DNA of 64,000 nt, taken from NCBI GenBank assembly GCA_002269645.1, contig NIVC01001301.1, positions 25,954-89,953 of the forward strand, read 5' to 3'. How positions within the stretch are numbered: position 1 is the stretch's first letter; the number at the start of each line of letters is the position of its first letter. The translations under genes and the position numbers were made by a program. The notes below the pieces were generated by a model. It was not told the DNA's origin and searched no databases. It saw nothing but the letters and a program-made list of their open reading frames with translations. This DNA comes from Macrostomum lignano (taxonomy: Eukaryota). This document shows, one piece after another, positions 37,601 to 50,817 of the stretch.

Positions 37601-40600
37601 TGTCTATGGCAATGAGGAGTGACTGTCTATGGCAATGAGGAGTGACTGTCTGTGGCAGTGTGGAGTGACTGTCTGTGGCAGTGTGGAGTGACTGTCTGTG
37701 GCAGTGTGGAGTGACTGTCTGTGGCAGTGTGGAGTGACTGTCTGTGGCAGTGTGGAGTGACTGTCTGTGGCAGTGTGGAGTGACTGTCTGTGGCAGTGTG
37801 GAGTGACTGTCTGTGGCAGTGTGGAGTGACTGTCTGTGGCAGTGTGGAGTGACTGTCTGCATGGCAGTGTGGAGTGACTGTCTGTGGCAGTGTGGAGTGA
37901 CTGTCTGCATGGCAGTGTGGAGTGACTGTCTGTGGCAGTGTGGAGTGACTGTCTGTGGCAGTGTGGAGTGACTGTCTGTGGCAGTGTGGTCTGTGGCAGT
38001 GAGGAGTGACTGTCTGTGGCAGTGTGGAGTGACTGTCTGTGGCAGTGTGGAGTGGCTGTCTGTGGCAGTGTGGAGTGACTGTCTGTGGCAGTGTGGTCTG
38101 TGGCAGTGAGGAGTGACTGTCTGTGGCAGTGTGGAGTGACTGTCTGTGGCAGTGTGGAGTGGCTGTCTGTGGCAGTGTGGAGTGACTGTCTGTGGCAGTG
38201 ACGAGTGACTGTCTGTGGCAGTGTGGAGTGACTGTCTGTGGCAGTGTGGAGTGACTGTCTGTGGCAGTGTGGAGTGACTGTCTATGGTAGTGAGGAGTGA
38301 TTGTCTATGGAAATGAGGAGTGATTGTCTATGGCAATGAGGAGTGACTGTCTGTGGCAGTGTGGAGTGACTGTCTGTGGCAGTGTGGAGTGACTGTGGCA
38401 ATGAGGAGTGATTGTCTATGGCAGTGAGGAGTGATTGTCTGTGGCAGTGTGGAGTGACTGTCTGTGGCAGTGTGGAGTGACTGTCTGCATGGCAGTGTGG
38501 AGTGACTGTCTGTGGCAGTGTGGAGTGACTGTCTGTGGCAGTGTGGAGTGACTGTGGCAGTGTGGAGTGACTGTGGCAATGAGGAGTGATTGTCTATGGC
38601 AGTGAGGAGTGATTGTCTATGGCAGTGAGGAGTTATTGTCTATGGCAGTGAGGAGTGACTGTGGCAACGAGGAGTGATTGTCTATGGCAGTGAGGAGTGA
38701 CTGTCTGTGGCAGTGTGGAGTGACTGTCTGTGGCAGTGTGGAGTGACTGTGGCAGTGTGGAGTGACTGTGGCAATGAGGAGTGATTGTCTATGGCAGTGA
38801 GGAGTGATTGTCTATGGCAGTGAGGAGTTATTGTCTATGGCAGTGAGGAGTGACTGTCTGTGGCAGTGACGAGTGACTGTCTGTGGCAGTGAGGAGTGAC
38901 TGTCTGTGGCAGTGAGGAGTGACTGTCTGTGGCAGTGAGGAGTGACTGTCTATAGTAGTGAGGAGTGATTGTCTATGGAAATGAGGAGTGATTGTCTATG
39001 GCAATGAGGAGTGACTGTCTGTGGCAGTGTGGAGTGACTGTCTGTGGCAGTGTGGTCTGTGGCAGTGTGGAGTGACTGTCTGTGGCAGTGTGGAGTGACT
39101 GTCTGTGGCAGTGTGGAGTGACTGTCTGTGGCAGTGTGGAGTGACTGTCTGTGGCAGTGTGGAGTGACTGTCTGTGGCAGTGTGGAGTGACTGTCTGTGG
39201 CAGTGTGGAGTGACTGTCTGCATGGCAGTGTGGAGTGACTGTCTGTGGCAGTGTGGAGTGACTGTCTGTGGCAGTGTGGAGTGACTGTCTGCATGGCAGT
39301 GTGGAGTGACTGTCTGTGGCAGTGTGGAGTGACTGTCTGCATGGCAGTGTGGAGTGACTGTCTGTGGCAGTGTGGAGTGACTGTCTGCATGGCAGTGTGG
39401 AGTGACTGTCTGTGGCAGTGTGGAGTGACTGTCTGTGGCAGTGTGGAGTGACTGTCTGTGGCAGTGTGGTCTGTGGCAGTGAGGAGTGACTGTCTGTGGC
39501 AGTGTGGAGTGACTGTCTGTGGCAGTGTGGAGTGGCTGTCTGTGGCAGTGAGGAGTGACTGTCTGTGGCAGTGTGGAGTGACTGTCTGTGGCAGTGTGGA
39601 GTGACTGTCTGTGGCAGTGTGGAGTGACTGTCTGTGGCAGTGTGGAGTGACTGTCTATGGTAGTGAGGAGTGATTGTCTATGGAAATGAGGAGTGATTGT
39701 CTATGGCAATGAGGAGTGACTGTCTGTGGCAGTGTGGAGTGACTGTCTGTGGCAGTGTGGAGTGACTGTGGCAATGAGGAGTGATTGTCTATGGCAGTGA
39801 GGAGTGATTGTCTGTGGCAGTGTGGAGTGACTGTCTGTGGCAGTGTGGAGTGACTGTCTGCATGGCAGTGTGGAGTGACTGTCTGTGGCAGTGTGGAGTG
39901 ACTGTCTGCATGGCAGTGTGGAGTGACTGTCTGTGGCAGTGTGGAGTGACTGTCTGTGGCAGTGTGGTCTGTGGCAGTGAGGAGTGACTGTCTGTGGCAG
40001 TGTAGAGTTGACTGTCTGTGGCAGTGAGGAGTGACGTCTGTGGCAGTGAGAAGTGACTGTGGCAACGAGGAGTGACTGTCTGTGGCAGTGTGGAGTGACT
40101 GTCTGTGGCAGTGAGGAGTGACTGTCTGTGGCAGTGAGGAGTGACGTCTGTGGCAGTGAGAAGTGACTGTGGCAACGAGGAGTGATTGTCTATGGCAGTG
40201 AGGAGTGACTGTCTGTGGCAGTGTGGAGTGACTGTCTGTGGCAGTGTGGAGTGACTGTGGCAGTGTGGAGTGACTGTGGCAATGAGGAGTGATTGTCTAT
40301 GGCAGTGAGGAGTGATTGTCTATGGCAGTGAGGAGTTATTGTCTATGGCAGTGAGGAGTGACTGTCTGTGGCAGTGACGAGTGACTGTCTGTGGCAGTGA
40401 GGAGTGACTGTCTGTGGCAGTGAGGAGTGACTGTCTGTGGCAGTGAGGAGTGACTGTCTATAGTAGTGAGGAGTGATTGTCTATGGAAATGAGGAGTGAT
40501 TGTCTATGGCAATGAGGAGTGACTGTCTGTGGCAGTGTGGAGTGACTGTCTGTGGCAGTGTGGAGTGACTGTCTGTGGCAGTGTGGAGTGACTGTCTGTG

Positions 40601-43600
40601 GCAGTGTGGAGTGACTGTCTGTGGCAGTGTGGAGTGACTGTCTGTGGCAGTGTGGAGTGACTGTCTGTGGCAGTGTGGAGTGACTGTCTGTGGCAGTGTG
40701 GAGTGACTGTCTGTGGCAGTGTGGAGTGACTGTCTGCATGGCAGTGTGGAGTGACTGTCTGTGGCAGTGTGGAGTGACTGTCTGCATGGCAGTGTGGAGT
40801 GACTGTCTGTGGCAGTGTGGAGTGACTGTCTGTGGCAGTGTGGTCTGTGGCAGTGAGGAGTGACTGTCTGTGGCAGTGTGGAGTGACTGTCTGTGGCAGT
40901 GTGGAGTGGCTGTCTGTGGCAGTGTGGAGTGACTGTCTGTGGCAGTGTGGTCTGTGGCAGTGAGGAGTGACTGTCTGTGGCAGTGTGGAGTGACTGTCTG
41001 TGGCAGTGTGGAGTGGCTGTCTGTGGCAGTGTGGAGTGACTGTCTGTGGCAGTGACGAGTGACTGTCTGTGGCAGTGTGGAGTGACTGTCTGTGGCAGTG
41101 TGGAGTGACTGTCTGTGGCAGTGTGGAGTGACTGTCTATGGTAGTGAGGAGTGATTGTCTATGGAAATGAGGAGTGATTGTCTATGGCAATGAGGAGTGA
41201 CTGTCTGTGGCAGTGTGGAGTGACTGTCTGTGGCAGTGTGGAGTGACTGTGGCAATGAGGAGTGATTGTCTATGGCAGTGAGGAGTGATTGTCTGTGGCA
41301 GTGTGGAGTGACTGTCTGTGGCAGTGTGGAGTGACTGTCTGCATGGCAGTGTGGAGTGACTGTCTGTGGCAGTGTGGAGTGACTGTCTGCATGGCAGTGT
41401 GGAGTGATTGTCTGTGGCAGTGTGGAGTGACTGTCTGTGGCAGTGTGGTCTGTGGCAGTGAGGAGTGACTGTCTGTGGCAGTGTAGAGTTGACTGTCTGT
41501 GGCAGTGAGGAGTGACGTCTGTGGCAGTGAGAAGTGACTGTGGCAACGAGGAGTGACTGTCTGTGGCAGTGTGGAGTGACTGTCTGTGGCAGTGAGGAGT
41601 GACTGTCTGTGGCAGTGAGGAGTGACGTCTGTGGCAGTGAGAAGTGACTGTGGCAACGAGGAGTGATTGTCTATGGCAGTGAGGAGTGACTGTCTGTGGC
41701 AGTGTGGAGTGACTGTCTGTGGCAGTGTGGAGTGACTGTGGCAGTGTGGAGTGACTGTGGCAATGAGGAGTGATTGTCTATGGCAGTGAGGAGTGATTGT
41801 CTATGGCAGTGAGGAGTTATTGTCTATGGCAGTGAGGAGTGACTGTCTGTGGCAGTGACGAGTGACTGTCTGTGGCAGTGAGGAGTGACTGTCTGTGGCA
41901 GTGAGGAGTGACTGTCTGTGGCAGTGAGGAGTGACTGTCTATAGTAGTGAGGAGTGATTGTCTATGGAAATGAGGAGTGATTGTCTATGGCAATGAGGAG
42001 TGACTGTCTGTGGCAGTGTGGAGTGACTGTCTGTGGCAGTGTGGTCTGTGGCAGTGTGGAGTGACTGTCTGTGGCAGTGTGGAGTGACTGTCTGTGGCAG
42101 TGTGGAGTGACTGTCTGTGGCAGTGTGGAGTGACTGTCTGTGGCAGTGTGGAGTGACTGTCTGTGGCAGTGTGGAGTGACTGTCTGTGGCAGTGTGGAGT
42201 GACTGTCTGCATGGCAGTGTGGAGTGACTGTCTGTGGCAGTGTGGAGTGACTGTCTGTGGCAGTGTGGAGTGACTGTCTGCATGGCAGTGTGGAGTGACT
42301 GTCTGTGGCAGTGTGGAGTGACTGTCTGCATGGCAGTGTGGAGTGACTGTCTGTGGCAGTGTGGAGTGACTGTCTGCATGGCAGTGTGGAGTGACTGTCT
42401 GTGGCAGTGTGGAGTGACTGTCTGTGGCAGTGTGGAGTGACTGTCTGTGGCAGTGTGGTCTGTGGCAGTGAGGAGTGACTGTCTGTGGCAGTGTGGAGTG
42501 ACTGTCTGTGGCAGTGTGGAGTGGCTGTCTGTGGCAGTGTGGAGTGACTGTCTGTGGCAGTGACGAGTGACTGTCTGTGGCAGTGTGGAGTGACTGTCTG
42601 TGGCAGTGTGGAGTGACTGTCTGTGGCAGTGTGGAGTGACTGTCTATGGTAGTGAGGAGTGATTGTCTATGGAAATGAGGAGTGATTGTCTATGGCAATG
42701 AGGAGTGACTGTCTGTGGCAGTGTGGAGTGACTGTCTGTGGCAGTGTGGAGTGACTGTGGCAATGAGGAGTGATTGTCTATGGCAGTGAGGAGTGATTGT
42801 CTGTGGCAGTGTGGAGTGACTGTCTGTGGCAGTGTGGAGTGACTGTCTGCATGGCAGTGTGGAGTGACTGTCTGTGGCAGTGTGGAGTGACTGTCTGCAT
42901 GGCAGTGTGGAGTGATTGTCTGTGGCAGTGTGGAGTGACTGTCTGTGGCAGTGTGGTCTGTGGCAGTGAGGAGTGACTGTCTGTGGCAGTGTAGAGTTGA
43001 CTGTCTGTGGCAGTGAGGAGTGACGTCTGTGGCAGTGAGAAGTGACTGTGGCAACGAGGAGTGATTGTCTATGGCAGTGAGGAGTGACTGTCTGTGGCAG
43101 TGTGGAGTGACTGTCTGTGGCAGTGTGGAGTGACTGTGGCAATGAGGAGTGATTGTCTATGGCAGTGAGGAGTTATTGTCTATGGCAGTGAGGAGTGACT
43201 GTCTGTGGCAGTGACGAGTGACTGTCTGTGGCAGTGAGGAGTGACTGTCTATGGTAGTGAGGAGTGATTGTCTATGGAAATGAGGAGTGATTGTCTATGG
43301 CAATGAGGAGTGACTGTCTGTGGCAGTGTGGAGTGATTGTCTGTAGCAGTGTGGAGTGATTGTCTGTAGCAGTGTGGAGTGATTGTCTGTAGCAGTGTGG
43401 AGTGACTGTCTGTGGCAGTGTGGAGTGACTGTCTGTGGCAGTGTGGTCTGTGGCAGTGTGGAGTGACTGTCTGTGGCAGTGTGGAGTGACTGTCTGTGGC
43501 AGTGTGGAGTGACTGTCTGCATGGCAGTGTGGAGTGACTGTCTGTGGCAGTGTGGAGTGACTGTCTGCATGGCAGTGTGGAGTGACTGTCTGTGGCAGTG

Positions 43601-44080
43601 TGGAGTGACTGTCTGTGGCAGTGTGGTCTGTGGCAGTGAGGAGTGACTGTCTGTGGCAGTGTGGAGTGACTGTCTGTGGCAGTGAGGAGTGGCTGTCTGT
43701 GGCAGTGTGGAGTGACTGTTTGTGGCAGTGTGGAGTGACTGTCTGTGGCAGTGTGGAGTGACTGTCTGCATGGCAGTGTGGAGTGAATGTCTGTGGCAGT
43801 GTGGAGTGACTGTCTGTGGCAGTGTGGTCTGTGGCAGTGAGGAGTGACTGTCTGTGGCAGTGTGGAGTGACTGTCTGTGGCAGTGTGGAGTGGCTGTCTG
43901 TGGCAGTGTGGAGTGACTGTCTGTGGCAGTGTGGAGTGGCTGTCTGTGGCAGTGTGGAGTGACTGTCTGTGGCAGTGTGGAGTGACTGTCTGTGGCAGTG
44001 TGGAGTGACTGTCTGTGGCAGTGTGGAGTGACTGTCTGCATGGCAGTGTGGAGTGACTGTCTGTGGCAGTGTGGAGTGAT
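25608..44080. repeat. 18.5-kb satellite of a 23-bp unit (GACTGTCTGTGGCAGTGTGGAGT) with higher-order repeats
   Basis: Units seen directly. Matching shadow ORFs recur at offsets 1515 (28881/30396), 2877 (36778/39655), 2989 (39655/42644) and about 7470 (33802/41270). Confidence 0.97.
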
Positions 44081-46017
44081 TCTCAACTAAAAGATGGAAT
44101 ATACCGTGCGCGGATGGCAGTCTGCAACCACCAGCAGAAAAGAACTACACCCAGTTCTGGCCAGAGTCCAGCTCTTACTGTACACGTCACATGATACCCG
44201 AAATTGAGGAAAAAATTTGAAACTTGCAATTTTATTCACAATAATTGACTTAATTGCAATTTCTTTCTCATAGAACTTGCAATTTTCTCAACTTTCATGT
44301 GCGCTTTAGATGCTTATGTAAGTAGTGACGTTAAAGACATATCAAGAAAGTGAAATTCTTGCAATCGCATTGCAAAGAATATTGCAATTTTTTCAATTTC
44401 AAATATGCTTTAAATATTACTTGTATAGTAGTAGATAAAAAATATCCTTGCTACTGGTACATTTACATCGCATCTATTACATGTAGATTGCCAAAAGAAA
44501 TTATTTTTTAACGATTACATGCAGATTCTGACGAGTACAGAAAATGAATTGCAATATATTGAAGCATAGTATAAACAAAGTCTTCGAAATTGAGGTATAA
44601 AATGATTTATATAAGCTGCAAATATGCACAATATAAGTTGTACTTACATGACTGCATTTTCACGACTCCCTGAACAAATTTAAAGTGTTCTAAATTCTTA
44701 CAAACAAATAAAATTGATTTTTCTTAGAAATCTATCTGCTTTGTATATTCAATAGAAAGTGTATCTACCATTTTAGGAATTTTTTGTTTAAAAGTGTAAC
44801 AACTTTGCTAAATTTAAAAAGCAGCACGCCTTATTGCTCCATATTGGTCGACGTATTGCTGCTTTCTTGCTCTTGCTTGTTGTTGTTGCCTTCTCCTTTG
44901 TTGTTTTTACTAGCTTTTTTATCATTGTAATTGAAATTGAAGGCTAGTAATGCCACTTGCTTTTCACTTATCGTAAATGACAAGAACTTAGCCTTGCTAT
45001 TTACTCTTGTAGTCTTGACTTAAGATTGTAAAACTCAAAAAAAGTTTTTTAGTTTATCTAATTCTAGTCCTATTATTGCTAGCTATTACTAATAAGTATT
45101 GACTAGTCTAGCTAGCATTATTGGAGTTTGTCCAATTCATTTTTCATAGCTCCTTTTATAAAATACTAAAAGCTACCAATTGTCTATGTACTATGTCATT
45201 GTTAATGTTTTGTCAACTCTGTATTTGAACTTTATCTTTTAGTTTCATACATGTAATTATACTTTTCTATCATTTTCTTATATCTAGGACTAGAGCTCTC
45301 TCAGTATCAGGCAAGTGCATACAATTAATTTTAATACTGCAGTGGCACTTTGTAGACTAAAATTTTGTATTAATAAGTTATACTTTAATTGTAATTACAT
45401 TGTCATTGGTCATTACATTATGTATTTCAATTCAAAATTATTTTAGTAGCTCTACTATTTATAGGAGCTATACATTAAATTAAATTAGTGAAGCATGAAA
45501 TTGAACATCATTGTTTAATAGGCAATTAGCTAGGCCTACAAATAGGTTTTTAATTAATGTAGCTATAGCTATTTTAAAAACATTTACTTTTTTCTAATTA
45601 AATTAATTGATGTATTGTCTAAAAGTCAAACTGAAGCTTATCAGGTTATTAAATGGTAGAGCATAATATATGCAAAAGATAGTTGAGTAAGTAGGTATAT
45701 ACTAGATTACTAACTTAATCAATGACTTAATGACTAGGCCTAGCTATGAGCGTATAATCATTTGTATAGCTTCTGTTTACTAATTAGCTACTATTTTAAG
45801 GTATTTAATATTTTGGCTTCTATTGATATATTGTCTGTTAGACTATATATCATATCACTATATCTAGATTGTTTTATGAAAATCTTGGTTGCAAGTTTTC
45901 AAAATAATATTTTATGATTCCATATACAAATTAATGGTATGCCAAAATTCTAAAATGAAATCTATATAAATAAATTAAATAAGTGGCTCAAAAAGCTACT
46001 TTGTTTTTATATTCTAT

Positions 46018-46215
46018 TATAATTATTTTATAATTATTAATTATATAATTATTTTATAATTATTAATTATATCATTATTTTATAATTATTAATTATATAA
46101 TTATTTTATAATTATTAATTATATCATTATTTTATAATTATTAATTATATAATTATTTTATAATTATTAATTATATCATTATTTTATAATTATTTTTTAT
46201 AATATAATACTCTTT
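46018..46215. repeat. AT-only 26-bp tandem repeat (ATAATTATTAATTATATAATTATTTT)
   Basis: Seen directly. Confidence 0.9.
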
Positions 46216-48224
46216 TATAATTATAAAGCAGTGCAACTTCAACTCAATACTCAATTGTGTTTCTACTTATGCCAAGAAATGAACACACAAAAGCGAAGGC
46301 ATGCTGCAGACAAATTTGACCAACCGTTGCCTTTCGAGTTTGTGCTTCTATAGTTTCCTAAATCGAATTCTCATAGCGGGCCAATGTACATAAACTCCAA
46401 TGTACATAAAGTACGTTCTTTGACGCTTCGGTGAGGAGTATTGCATTTCTGCAATTATTGAGCTGAATGGCTTAACGGAGCACATTGCGATGGACGAGTA
46501 ATCTGTCGAGGAGCTTCGAGCTGTTTTGTCCGAATGGTTTGCAGCCTACAACTGGAGATCTGTGCGAGCATCGTTAAATCAAATGTTTCGTGACATTTCT
46601 GGCAAGCGTAAGAAAGACAATACTGGAAACCATTAAGTATCAGTTATAGCCTATAGGAATAACATTAAATAAGCAATCACTAAATCACTGCAAGGTAATC
46701 ACTGTAATTGACTTCTGGAAGCTCTAACGAGCTTCAGGCTGGCAATTTTGGGTAGCCTTAAAAAGTAATGTCTAAGTAAGATCATGGAAAGGCGATAAAA
46801 AATTATAAATAAGCGAAAAGTGAATCCTAACTTTATCTGGGATCTTTTTTTAAATATTCAATTCTACAAAATAGTTACCTGTGGGTTCTTAGAAAGTCTC
46901 ATTTCGGAATCTAGAAAGGTTTTGAACTTAAAAGTATCCAAAAGCTTCATCATAGATGTGTAAAAGGCTTCATCTTTAAAGTTTTAACTGCTTAGATAAA
47001 CATACTGATGCAGCCAGCACCCCTGAAAGTTAAAATATTGTTTAACTAATAAATTATGTTTATTTAGAACGCTTTTGCACTTCAAATGTAAAAGAATTTT
47101 TCAATTAGTTTCAATGTTCAGTGTGCTTATTAATGGTTTAATAATAATTTTTACTAATCTATGCAAGTATTTTCTTGTATCTTATACATCGTTTTTTGCC
47201 CGTACAGGTTTATATTTAGTATCTGTTTGTAGTTTTATTTTTTAATATGTAGTAAAGTGAAATAAAAAATTACAATGAAATGTATTGGATTGAAAAATGA
47301 TTATAACATCTTATTGAAAAATTGCAAAATTTAATGTATTCCGAAATAACACCGGTGGTTTTTACTGTGTCTTAATTACTTTTCTGGGTTCAATTCTGAG
47401 CAGATATAATGAAAATTGCAGATCGAGTGCTAAATTTGGGAAGTCTTAAAATTTACCTGCACTATAATACGAGCGTATCAATATTCTGAAGTGCCACTCC
47501 AACGGCAATTTCTAAGCTCTTGAATTGCAATTTTATGCTCAATTAAATTGTAATTTTAAGCGTGATTTCGTGTAATTTTATTGCACTTAATGAACAATTT
47601 GAGTGCAATTATTGCGCAATTCTTGCCCAATTTTTTTCAATTTTCTCACGTAATTTTGTGCAATTTTGCGCAATTCGCGTCACCATGTGGTATGCTCAGT
47701 TGAATGCAAGCGCACCACCATTTAAACTGACTCAAGTAGGGCTGAAGGGAGATGTGCCTCCGTTTTTAAACATCTATTGCATTTGTACATGTACATGCAA
47801 ATTGCTGCAAGAGGTACACGGAATTGGTTGAATGCCTGGGAGTGCTCTGAAAGTTGCAAGTAGGCGTGAGATGAAGGAGTTCAGCTAATTTTTAACTCCT
47901 TAATTTCTCTCCTAGTTTCCGTTTTCGAGCTAGAAAAATAGCTTTCGCCTAATTGACCTCTCCTGGGGAAACATGGAACGCTTGAGTCGCAGCTGTGGCG
48001 TTACTAAGCAACCAATTTGTCTCACTGGTTAAGGCTTTTAGCTTTAATATTGTTCAGAATTCTTTTTAGCTAATACCTTTCCCTTCCAGTCCTCACTCCC
48101 CTCACAGCATCTTCAAAGTGCGATACTGTAATGTATATATGGTTTATTTAGAAAGCCGTCTTGAATTCAAAACTTCTCGTATCATCATCTTAGTTCATAT
48201 TAACTCAAACGTTATGCTGTCAAT

Positions 48225-48381
48225 CACTGGCGCAGCCAGTGGGGGCCTCTGCCCCCTGAAATTATATCCCCCCGAAGTTACCCCCTTCACCGAAATTCCA
48301 GAGAAACCCCCCTTAAGGCCCCTCCACCGGGGTGCTGAGAATGGCCACCCCCAAGTAATTTTCCTGCTGGCTGCGCCACTG
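48225..48381. mobile_element. hAT-type MITE, 157 bp
   Basis: 15-bp TIRs CACTGGCGCAGCCAG / CTGGCTGCGCCACTG (1 mismatch) and 8-bp flanks CTGTCAAT / TTGTCAAT (7/8), the TSD length typical of hAT. Confidence 0.75.
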
Positions 48382-49308
48382 TTGTCAATATAAACTTAAT
48401 TAAATGCTTGCAATTAAATATATCTGCGACTGCGGGTATGTAGGTGGGTTAAGAGACTATAGTGTTACATGTATATGGTACTAGTAGTAGTATATAGCTC
48501 TGCTTGGGTAGTAGTCCAGCAGTGGTACTAACAATATATAGCCGACTCTTTACAGTTTCGATTGTAACGGCCGGACTCATTATTTCATATACAGCTACGA
48601 TTCAGTTTTGTAGATGTGCATGCAAGACAACTTGCTGGCACATTGATTGCTTCATACATGTACAATACACAATACAATAAAATATACAGCTAAAAGCAAA
48701 GAACGAAGTGGGGAATGATATGCCTCCAATATTTGTTTCAAAATGTCAACTATAGATTGTATTTACTGCATTTATAGCTTTATGAAGCTTTGTTTGTATT
48801 CACTTATTCCACAAAGCCTGCATGTTGACCAGCTGCAGCTCACTTAAAATTTTGCAACGATACATGGTTAAAATCAGAGCAGTTGCACACAGACGGCCAA
48901 GCCTGAAAATACGGGGTTTAAAAATCCCCGGCACACGGCGGAGCTGGAAGGGCGGAGGAGAGGAGGGCGAAGGGAGGGTCCGGATGGGCTTAACACACTT
49001 TATACTGAAACCCACGGAGCAGGCCTGTATGTAAAGTAGAAATTATTCCATTTCTAAAGCTAATTGATTGAGAGTAAGGAGATAGGATTGTTGATTTTCT
49101 ATAAGCAAGAAACCGTATCGATTTTAATTAAAGAAATCGTATTAATACCAAAAGAAAACATTTTAAAATTAAAACAGAAAAAATTTAGTTTGTTAGTTTT
49201 TCTAAGACTTTAATAGATTTGCGTTTCCTTTTTAGCATGTAAAAATTGTTTTAACCGTTTCTTTATCCTTTAAAGATTAAATTTTACTTAATATTTGAGC
49301 TGCATTTT

Positions 49309-50817
49309 TGTAACGAAATGAATGGCCGATACTAACACTTGAACTTTCAGCCGTCGAGAGTGCCAAGTCAGAGCGCGAACTCTTATTAACAATCGATGAT
49401 TTATATTTATATTGGTTACTTATCAGTCATTAAAACAAAAGTTTCATTATAAAATTATCTTGCAAAATAACATAAATTACATACAGTAAAAAGTACAGTG
49501 AGATAAATACAATATAAATACTATAATACCAATACAACCTGATAGAGTAAATACGAAATTATTTACTTTTAAATTACATACGCAGATATTTTACATTATC
49601 TTCCTCTTAGAAAAGACAATGTCCACATTGTCAAAAGTACAATTAACAAAAGAGTAGAATACAAAGTATAGAAAATAACTATTAAATATACAGTACATGC
49701 TAAATTTTGAGCAAAAAAAAAGATTGAACTCGCATTCCCAACTAGACATCGCAATGAGGTGACAGAACACATTTTAAAACAATGGTCTGGACCAAAAGAG
49801 AAGCTAGTTAACCAACACAAAAACCAGAACCCAACAGGGTTAGCAGAGCCCTGGGTTCTCCCCACCACAACCAGTGCAGAGCACAGCATGAATGAAGCAA
49901 AAAAACACTTTATTAATAAAAGGAATTTGCCTGTGCACACTATTGTGATACACTGCCATTGGGTGAAACCTTACAAAACACAGAAGAAAATACAGTACAA
50001 CATTGAAAAATTATTTGAAAAGTAAAGTACATCATGGCAATTGCCAAAATACAGTATAAAGTACATATGAAGGAATTACAGTAAGTATATAAATTAACAA
50101 TTAAGTACAATTACATTAAAATCAATCAACAAAGCATAGGAATTGGAAAATGCAGCTTCCTGGTTCTGGACTTTAGAACAGCATAATTACAAATTTAAAA
50201 ACAAAATTTTGCTCTGAACTGGGTACACATCTACATGTACATTCTACAGCTAGTATTGTAACTGAACATAGAGATGCTTTTAAAAAAACAAATATAATAT
50301 TCGAAATCATTCAGCGACTGACAGTATCTGCAGCACCTGTCCTTTGGCAGCATCTTCGGCACCTGTGATTTTGTTGGCCTGGCTCGCGGCTGGCTGACAT
50401 ACTGGTTGGCGTCGGCTAGCTGGACGCGCGCTGCATGCTGATGTGATTGGCTGCGTTGCTGTACATTTGCGGTCGATCAGAAGATTCAGCGGAGTCCTTC
50501 ATAGAATCCGAGTTCTGGTGTGGTCGCCATTGTAAAATAATGAATTGCCGATACTAACACTTGAACTTTCAGCCGTCGAGAGTGCCAAGTCAGAGCGCGA
50601 ACTCTTATTAACAATCGATGATTTATATTTATATTGGTTACTTATCAGTCATTAAAACAAAAGTTTCATTATAAAATTATCTTGCAAAATAACATAAATT
50701 ACATACAGTAAAAAGTACAGTGAGATAAATACAATATAAATACTATAATACCAATACAACCTGATAGAGTAAATACGAAATTATTTACTTTTAAATTACA
50801 TACGCAGATATTTTACA
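49309..50817 (-). mobile_element. Non-autonomous LTR retroelement (TRIM-like), 1509 bp; LTRs 49309-49595 and 50531-50817
   Basis: Two 287-bp direct repeats with TG...CA ends. On the minus strand, PBS TGGCGACCAC follows the 5' LTR and purine tract AAGAGGAAGATAA precedes the 3' LTR. Flanks are TTTT/TTTT. No pol ORF. Confidence 0.88.

Noticed and set aside
25552-44086. His/Cys-rich ORFs (PHCHRQSLHTATDSHSTLPQTVT)n as metal-binding proteins
   Set aside because: Satellite translations appearing in several frames, broken wherever variant units occur.
44200-47800. TTGCAAT-rich ends as one large DNA transposon
   Set aside because: Could not identify terminal inverted repeats or a TSD by eye.
49596-50025. 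ORFs inside the LTR element as gag or pol
   Set aside because: AT-rich, low-complexity translations with no retroelement motifs.
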